36,171 nt of DNA. Source: Patescibacteria group bacterium. Lineage in GTDB: Bacteria > Patescibacteriota > WWE3 > UBA101185 > UBA10185. Below, in pieces: positions 1 to 9,300 of this stretch (within the stretch, counting starts at the first letter, position 1; each line of letters opens with the position of its first letter). Location: contig JBHPHX010000001.1 in the NCBI GenBank assembly GCA_042571515.1, positions 75,508-111,678 on the forward strand, given 5' to 3'. The position numbers were made by a program, and so were the translations under genes. A model generated the notes under the pieces. It was not told the DNA's origin, searched no databases, and saw only the letters and a program-made list of their open reading frames with translations.

Positions 1-40
1 AGTATCCGACAACAGTGTGAAAAAACTATTAAGCTCCCTG

Positions 41-1132
41 TTAACCCCCCCACCTAAGCCTTGACTGGGTCTGTCTACCAACTCTTGTGACCGATAGGAA
101 ATGGTTTATGGCAGGGCGTCTGCCTTCCTCAAAATAATCCTTATCAAAAAATATATGACCATCTGTTATAGCCATTAGGTTCGTTTGAATATACCCCGAT
201 ATATCACCCTCTACGGTCTCTGCTACAACCAGACAAGTTATAGATTTGGGACCCTTATCAGTCTTAAAATTCCCCGCTCTCTCGAGTAACCTTGCATGTG
301 TGTAAAAAATGTCTCCGGGGTAGGATCCCCTTCCTGGAAACTTGTTATTAACCAAGGAAATTTCTCTGTAAAACTTAGCATGTGTGGTTAGATCATCCAG
401 AATCAGAAGGACGTCATGTCCTTGGTCTTTAAAATATTCCGCCAGGGCCATGGCCGTGTATGGAGTGATATAAATAAGGCCTAGGGGATCTGTAGAGGCT
501 GAGATTACCATCAGAAGCTTGTCCATAATTCCCTCCTCTTTAGCAAAATCCTCTATATTTCTTATATCAGCCTTTCTTTTAGCAATACTTGCATAAATAC
601 AAATTACATCCTCTTTAGCTTGTTTTAACATTGTCTGAAGTAAGAACTCGGTTTTTCCAATTTTTCTATCTCCAACAACAAGCTCTCTTTGCCCCCTGCC
701 AAGGGGGATCATGAGATCAACCAAAGTTACCCCAGTTAAAAACGGCTTGGTGATTCTTGATCTTTTGGCTATTTCTGGAGATGTAAAAACGTCAACCGCT
801 CTAAACTCCGGGTCACTTGGGAAGGGTCCGCTGCCCTCACACAGGGGGTTAAGGGATTGGCCCAGAAACGAAGTGTGTACCGGTACAGTAAGGTTTTTGT
901 TTGTACGAGCCACTTTACTACCAATTCCTATTCTAGGGTCACCAAGCAATAACACCTCTACGTATTCGTTTGTCATACCTAAAACATATCCAATTCCACC
1001 GGATTCAAATAGCACCAGCTCTCTGGGGCGGGCACCGGGCAATCCTTGTACCTGCACCACGGGGGGTTTAACAAGCTGAACGTATCCCAGCTCTTCTATC
1101 TCCTGTAGGCAGGTCTGAAAATCAAAATCCAT
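41..1132 (-). CDS. atpA: Divergent F1-ATPase alpha-like subunit, apparently frameshifted near the 3' end (an alternative frame stays open to the window edge)
   Basis: Motifs: GVTLVDLMIPLGRGQRELVVGDRKIGKT (Walker A), DVLLILDDL, PGRGSYPGDIFYTHARLLERAG, ITDGHIFF, GRRPAIN..SVTRVG. ATG at 1132 follows a GGAGGGGAG RBS. The stop follows a G7 run. Confidence 0.88.
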   Translation of the reverse strand: MDFDFQTCLQEIEELGYVQLVKPPVVQVQGLPGARPRELVLFESGGIGYVLGMTNEYVEVLLLGDPRIGIGSKVARTNKNLTVPVHTSFLGQSLNPLCEGSGPFPSDPEFRAVDVFTSPEIAKRSRITKPFLTGVTLVDLMIPLGRGQRELVVGDRKIGKTEFLLQTMLKQAKEDVICIYASIAKRKADIRNIEDFAKEEGIMDKLLMVISASTDPLGLIYITPYTAMALAEYFKDQGHDVLLILDDLTTHAKFYREISLVNNKFPGRGSYPGDIFYTHARLLERAGNFKTDKGPKSITCLVVAETVEGDISGYIQTNLMAITDGHIFFDKDYFEEGRRPAINHFLSVTRVGRQTQSRLRWGG

Positions 1133-1586
1133 CTCCCCTCCCCCATGGATAACTTTCAAAAATCTTGTCTAAAGTGGCGTTAAAATATACACCCTCATAC
1201 TCCATTATGACTCCACCATCCAGGAGGGTATTTACTTCAATATCAAGTAAAAACTCACCCCTCACATTATTTAAAAACCATGAGTAAACCTTCTCAATAA
1301 AAGACTCGCTTGGGAAAATGGCTATGGTTAGATGTATTACTTTTACATTTTTTAGATACCAAATTAAGTCATCTAAAACACCTGCTAAGTTCTTATTTTC
1401 ATACAGCGCGGAATCTAGCAAATTTGCCATTTCCAAGGATATAGATTCCTTTAAGGACTCCAAAACCAGGTGGTCTCCTTTTTTGAACAGCTCCCCACGC
1501 TTGTTCTCAAGTAGAGAAACTAGAGCTAGCGCAGCTTTGTGGGTTTTTATATTTTTACACCACTGTTTGGAAATTGCAGAATTCAT
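1122..1586 (-). CDS. atpH: ATP synthase delta/OSCP-like subunit
   Basis: C-terminus LDIEVNTLLDGGVIMEYEGVYFNATL resembles the delta C-terminal motif. Lies between b-like and alpha-like genes with overlapping stop/start codons. Confidence 0.7.
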   Translation of the reverse strand: MNSAISKQWCKNIKTHKAALALVSLLENKRGELFKKGDHLVLESLKESISLEMANLLDSALYENKNLAGVLDDLIWYLKNVKVIHLTIAIFPSESFIEKVYSWFLNNVRGEFLLDIEVNTLLDGGVIMEYEGVYFNATLDKIFESYPWGRGDGF

Positions 1587-2296
1587 ATCCTCTTGAACTT
1601 TTCAGAATTTTTTATTGTCTCTAGTGCATTGAGAATCAAATTCTCATGATCCTTGTTTGTCATAGATCTTCGTAAAATGTCTTGGGTGGCCTGATCAACT
1701 GTGCTTCGTAAGGTACCGTCTACTTCTTTTAGTTTTTGGTCCTTATATCGTTTTATTTCTTCATTTGTCTTAACTAATTCCTGATTAACTTTTTCCTCTA
1801 AACTCCCCTTTGTTTTGGCTACTTCTATCTTTAGTACTTCCACAAACTTTTCTAATTCCATCAGCATCTCACCTTTTATTTCATTGAACGACAGCTTGAA
1901 TTCCTTAAGGGCGATATCCTTTTCCACCTCCATTGTCTGCCTATACTTTTGGAACACGTTGTGGGTCAGTTCTTCAAAATGTTTAGCTTGGCTCCTGGCT
2001 ACCATATTCAATTTTTTAGTTAAACCTTCCTCTACATAATTGTGGAGCTCCCTAGACTCACTTAGAATATCCTGGGCTTTTCTGTTGGCACTTTTTACAA
2101 TCTGCAGAGACTCTTTTCTTGCTGTATCTACAATCTTTAGAGCCTCGGAATAGGCTTCTTCCTGAGAACCTTTTGCACTATTTTTTCTAAAGCGGGATTC
2201 AGCTATATGCGTGTATATAATATATAGCACAATGAAAATGAGGCTGGAAAAAGAAACTAAAAAGATAAAGAGCAAAGTATAATATAACGTCATCAT
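1583..2296 (-). CDS. atpF: ATP synthase b-like stator subunit, elongated (N-terminal TM plus long coiled coil)
   Basis: Single N-terminal hydrophobic helix, charged helical body, C-terminal ATQDILRRSMTNKDHENLILNALE like b subunits. Operon position fits. Confidence 0.6.
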   Translation of the reverse strand: MMTLYYTLLFIFLVSFSSLIFIVLYIIYTHIAESRFRKNSAKGSQEEAYSEALKIVDTARKESLQIVKSANRKAQDILSESRELHNYVEEGLTKKLNMVARSQAKHFEELTHNVFQKYRQTMEVEKDIALKEFKLSFNEIKGEMLMELEKFVEVLKIEVAKTKGSLEEKVNQELVKTNEEIKRYKDQKLKEVDGTLRSTVDQATQDILRRSMTNKDHENLILNALETIKNSEKFKRI

Positions 2297-2300
2297 ATAT

Positions 2301-3101
<801 letters not shown>

Positions 3102-3243
3102 CTATACATGAAGACTGACATACTTTTTCAAAAACCATTTATTGTTGGCGAGCAATTTAGCCTGGAAAAAAATATGACAATATTTACTCAAAAAAGGCCT
3201 GGAGATTGAGTTTATACTAAGAAAAAATTGAGTAAAAAAAGTG

Positions 3244-3272
3244 TTGACATTTTACTCTCAGCTACCTACTAT
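3244..3272 (+). promoter_or_regulatory. Sigma70-type promoter of the giant protein gene
   Basis: TTGACA-17 bp-TACTAT, about 60 bp upstream of the ATG at 3335. Confidence 0.7.
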
Positions 3273-3334
3273 ATACATAACCTTATTATTTGTTGAAACA
3301 ATAACCTTTAATAGGGTAAAAAGGTTTAGAAATT

Positions 3335-6300
3335 ATGCCTGCCCAAGGCCAAGCAAAAACACTATCATATCAGCCCCAATTAACTATTTCTAAGGCTGCA
3401 GTATTTTTGGGAATATCCCCCTCATCTCTCAGAAGGTATGAAAAAGAAGGTCGAATAACTACAAAACGACTAGAAAATGGGTACAGAGTATATTCTAAGG
3501 ATAACCTGGAGAGTTTAAGATCCAAACTCGAAATTGAAAGAAATCAAAGAAAAATTCAGATCCAAAAAAAAGCTATTGCTCGAAAAAAAGAATTGGAGAA
3601 ACTTCAAACGCAGCCGGAACCTGGGGTTATAAGATCAGACTTCGCAAAACCCTATTTGGCAAGTGGATTAAAAGTTTTTAGTTTAATCATTCTTTCAATT
3701 ACCCTATCCCTAGGAACGCTTTTTGTCCAGGATGATATTCCCTCTTTTTCAGGACAAATTGGCACTATCCTAGGCTTCAAAACTACAAAACCAGAAATGC
3801 AGGTTGGCTCTAGTGTAGAAGGTCAGGTTTTGGCAGATTATGACCTAAATAAAGAATACGAAATTAACTATAATATTCCTGCTACGTTCTTTGAAGGTGT
3901 AACCACAAACTCTATTTCTGGTGTAGAAATAATTGACACAACTACCGAGGATACCCTTGAAACAGCACTAGATATAGCTGGGGAGGTTGTTAGTACAGGT
4001 ATGCTATCTACTGTAATAGCAGATGGTGTCATAGATGGAGCTAATTTAATAGATGATTTTGAGTATGCGGGGGATGCGACGTTTAGTGGTGATACTACGT
4101 TCGGTGGTGAAGCTACATTTGAAGATAATGTATCCGTAGATGGGGAAACAGTGCTATCCGGAGATATTACACTAGAGGGAGATACTACAACAGAGGGTAC
4201 TTTTGACATAGATGGGGACTGGAGTATTTCTGGTACTGATGTAGACGCAACGGCAGATGAGCTCAACTCCATTGGTGGCGTAACAGATACTATAGCTATC
4301 ATTGATGGCTCTACTGTTACGGCAGGAGGGGTTATGTTTGGGAATGGAAGCATAATGACTCAGGATGCCGCGAATTTCTTTTGGGATGATACAAACAATT
4401 ACCTTGGACTTGGAAAAGCTAACCCAGCTTATGGACTAGATGTTGCAGGTACATTTAATGTAGATGGAGCAACTACACTTGATGGAGCGGTAACATTAGG
4501 AGATGCAACAGGTGATGATATAACAATAACAGGATATGTAGCATCAAATGTAATACCAAAAACTACCGATACCTATGACCTTGGCTTAAGTTCTGTTTCC
4601 AGAATGAATACCATGGATCAAGATCTTTCTGCTGCTGACGCTTCCTTTATTGGAGAAGATGCGGATGATTTTAGTGGCCATTTAGTCTCTTCAGCCGGTG
4701 ATGTTAATGGTGACGGTTATGATGATATTTTGATTGGGGCGGCTTGGGATTCCGACGGCATGGCGGCTGCGATGGCTGGTGAAACTTATCTAATCCTAGG
4801 CAAGGCTACGGGGTGGGCTATGGACACAGACTTATCGGCCGCTGATGCTTCCTTCATTAGTGAGGAGGCTACTGACAATAGCGGTTTTGCAGTCTCTTCC
4901 GCTGGTGATGTTAATGGTGATGGCTATGATGATATTTTGATTGGGGCTTGGGGTAATGATGACGGTGGCAATCCTTATGCCGGCCAGACTTATCTAATCC
5001 TAGGTAAAGCCACAGGCTGGGCCATGGATACGAATTTATCAACTGCCGATGCTTCATTTTGGGGTGAAAATGGCTGGGACAGAAGTGGTTTTGCAGTCTC
5101 TTCCGCTGGTGATGTTAATGGTGATGGCTATGATGATTTCGTCATTGGGGCCTGGGGCGATGACGATGGCGGCAACCTTGCTGGCCAGGCTTACCTTATC
5201 TTAGGTAAGGCTTCGGGCTGGGCCATGGATACTGATTTATCAGCTGTAGATGCTTCATTTTGGGGCGAGGCTGCTAGTGACTATGCTGGTTTCACAGTCT
5301 CTGCCGCTGGTGATGTTAACGGTGACGGCTATGATGATATGTTGGTAAGTGGTTATGGTAATAACCAGGTCTACCTTATCTTAGGTAAAGCTTCAGGTTG
5401 GGCCATGGATACCGATTTATCAGCCGTTGATGCCTCTTTTATTGGTGAGGGTAGTGGTCAGTACGTCGCCCTACGTACCGGACTTTCTTCAGCCGGTGAT
5501 GTTAATGGTGACGGTTATGATGATATTTTGATTGGGGCGGCTTATAACGATGATGGTGCCAATAATGCTGGCCAGACTTATCTAATCCTAGGTAAAGCTA
5601 CAGGCTGGGCCATGGATACGAATTTATCAACCGCTGACGCTTCCTTTTGGGGTGAGGTTGCTAGCGATCTTAGTGGTTATTCAGCCTCCTCAGCTGGTGA
5701 TGTTAATGGTGACGGTTATGATGATATTTTGATTGGGGCGGCTTACAATGACGATGGTGGCAGTGCCGCAGGTCAAACTTATCTTATTTTTGGAAAATCC
5801 TCGGGTTGGACTATGGATACGAATCTATCTGCTTCTGATGCCTCTTTCTGGGGTGAGGATACCAGTGATTATAGTGGTTATTCTGTTTCTGGTGCCGGGG
5901 ACACTAATGGCGACGGTTATGATGATATTTTAATTGGAGCCTTTGGTGATGATGATGGCGGCGAGAATGCAGGCCAAACATATTTGATTCTCTCCGATGG
6001 AAGTCAGTGGGATAATATATATGCTAGAAATGTAAAGGCTGGAGATTCTTTAAATGTAGGGGCTCATTTAAGATTACATCATGATACTATCCAGGCTTTG
6101 AGCCCCTTGTATTTAGATTCTACAAGAGTAAACGTTTTAGGTGGGTTAACTACTTTAGGGTATGTGGGTATAGGGTTCTCAGCACCAACTTCAGAACTTC
6201 ACATTGGAGGAACTACTCCCCTTTTAACAATAGGTGATGCGGGAGAAGAAGATACTGCTATGCTTTTTGATGGAGCTGCACAAGACTTTCACATTGGTCT

Positions 6301-9300
6301 TGATGATTCTTTAGATGATTTAGTTATCGGGACAGGATCAACTTTAGGTGCTGGTAACTTAGTAACTATTGAAAATGGAGGTAATGTAGGGATTGGAAAG
6401 ACTAATCCTGGGTATAACTTGGACGTTGCAGGTACATTTAATGTAGATGGAGCAACTACACTTGATGGAGCAGTAACATTAGGTGATGCAACAGGTGATG
6501 ATATAACAATAACAGGATATATAGCATCAGGTATTATTCCTAAAACAGATGATACATATGATCTAGGATCAGATGCATTAAGGTGGCAAAGTATATATGT
6601 AGGACCAGGATCTTTAAGTATAGGATCCTCTTCTCCAGATGAAGAATATACCCTATCCTGGGATGCAACAGAAAACTATCTTGGTTTTAACTACAATGCA
6701 TCAGGTAACCCTGAGATGGTTATTGATTCTTCAGGACAGGTGGGGATTGGAACGACAGCACCATCTTCGCAGCTTCAAGTAGCAGGAAACGTCGTTATTG
6801 GTGATGCCGCCACCGCCACAGACTACACTCTCACCTTTGATGGTGAAACTAATGATGGTGTTCTCACCTGGATGGAGAATGAAGACTATTTATTATTCAG
6901 CGACGATATTTACATGGCCTCCAGTCAAATCATATATTTTGACGGCGGGGGTGCAGCTCAAACGAATGGTGCTGGCCGTTTATATCTTACCGGACCAACC
7001 AGCATCGATTTTAGTTCTGGAATAGGTAACATAGATACAGTTTTGCGGTTTTTAGGGACTGATTATTCAGGTGTTCTCACCTGGATGGAAGACGAGGATT
7101 TGTTTTTATTTGATGACACTATAGAGATTAGAGGTACAGCTAAAAACCTTTTAATGACAGGGGTAGCCCACACTACCATATCTACTGATCCTATGCTTTC
7201 GATGGCAGCCAATGATTCTTTTCCTGTTGAAATGATTTCTGCTGGACCAGATAATAACGATAGCCCACTTATCAATTGGTTTAGAGCTAAAGGTACTCTG
7301 GAGGGTTCAGAAGCGGATGTTGTAGACGGTAACAGACTAGGAGCATTTCAGGCCAGAGCTTACGTGGGTGGGTGGCAACCAGCTTCAGCACAAATGAACT
7401 TTAGGGTTGATGGTGCACCAGGAACATATGCTCCAGGTTTGATTGAATTTACTGTAGGGGATGCAGATAATACTGCAGTTACCAGAACAGCTTTTCAGAT
7501 TAACAGTAATTTGAGTTCAAAAGCCTATGGTAATTTTACGATAGGAAATGGAGTAGCAACAACAGATTACACCCTCACCTTTGATGGTGAAACTAATGAT
7601 GGTGTTCTCACCTGGATGGAGGATGAAGACTACTTTCAGTTCTCTGATGAGATATTACTTCTAGACGGGGAGAAACTCATACTAGGTACTGGTAGCGACG
7701 GTACTCTTTACTCATCCTCTGATGATATCTACTTTGAAAATGATACCAGTGACAAAGATATCATCTTTAAGGTTAATGACGGGGGTGTAGATACTGAGGT
7801 AATGAGAATAGATTCCTCAACACCACAAATAGATTTTACTGTACTAGGGGTTAAAATTGGATCTGATACTTCTGAGTTTAACCCAACACTTACGTTCTCT
7901 GGTGTAGATAATGACGGCATTATAGGCTGGATGGAGGATGAAGACTACTTTTTGTTTCTTGATGACATTCTCCTTTTAGATGGTGAGAAACTAATCTTAG
8001 GGACTGGCTCTGACGGTACTCTTTACTCATCTTCTGATGATATATATTTTGAAAATGATACTCAAGATAAAGATATTATCTTTAAGATTAATGATAATGG
8101 TGTTGATACTGATATCTTGCATATTGATGGGAGTGAGTCCTGGATTGGTATAAGAACAGCTACTCCGCAGATGGGTATTGACTATGGTGGCGTGGGATCC
8201 TCGCATGGAACGTTTCTGTTTTCTGGGACTGCCGGTGGTGGCGGGGAGGGAATATCTTATGTAGATAGTGGCAGTGGTATGCGTAGAGCTATATCTTTCC
8301 CAGGAAGTGATCTTGTTGTACTCCAAAACAGAGCATCAAACGGTACAGTTGAGATAAGGGCTAATACATCAACAGCGGGCGAAAGTGGTGAACATACAAT
8401 TGGCACATTTGAAGATAACAAAATAACCATTGGGGACGGTCAAGCTGGAGTAGATTATCAATTAGCTTTCAATGGAGAAACTAACGACGGCCTCCTTACC
8501 TGGATGGAAGATGAAGATTACTTCCAGTTTGCCGATAATATAGTGGCACAAAATATTTTACCTGCGACAGATGATACATATGATTTAGGATCAGATGCAC
8601 TAAGATGGCAGAGTATATATGTAGGACCAGGATCTTTAAGTATAGGTTCCTCTTCTCCAGATGAGGAATATACCCTATCCTGGGATGCCACCTTAAACTA
8701 TCTTGGTTTTAACTACAATGCATCAGGTAACCCTGAGATGGTAATAGATTCATCAGGACAGGTGGGGATTGGGACTACGGCTCCAAGTACGGCTTTAGAC
8801 ATTGCCGGTACCGTCACTGCCACTGATTTTGCCTGCACAGACTGTTTGGAACAGGGAAATATCGCAAATAATGCCATTGGATACGGTGAATTAAAAATTG
8901 GCACCGGTTCTCAAGCGCTTAGTGATGATGCCAACGTAGACATGCATGAATACTCTTTCTTTCCCAACATGGAAAAAGATAATTGTGATAATGCTACTAG
9001 TCACGATTTGCAGATGTCTAATGATGATGAAACAGACAACACTGTCGGCCATTTCTATATTGATGTTAATAGCTCTTGTGGAGCAGGAGACGTCGATGTC
9101 CGCTGGAGCTACGTCACCTCCTCTGATCATCCTACTATCTGGACTATTATTGACTCTTTGGGCAACATCACCAAAAGCTGGGAAGCTGAGGATCCCACTG
9201 TCTATCCAGACAATCCCAATCCTCTTGCTGGTACCCCTCTTCAATCGGGAGAGTCATTCGCTTACGTTGAACCTCTAAGTATCTCCCAACTCAACACTAT

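Noticed and set aside
6545-8772. Diversity-generating retroelement TR/VR pair
   Set aside because: Differences between the repeats are mostly synonymous and not adenine-specific, both copies are in-frame coding sequence, and there is no reverse transcriptase in the window.
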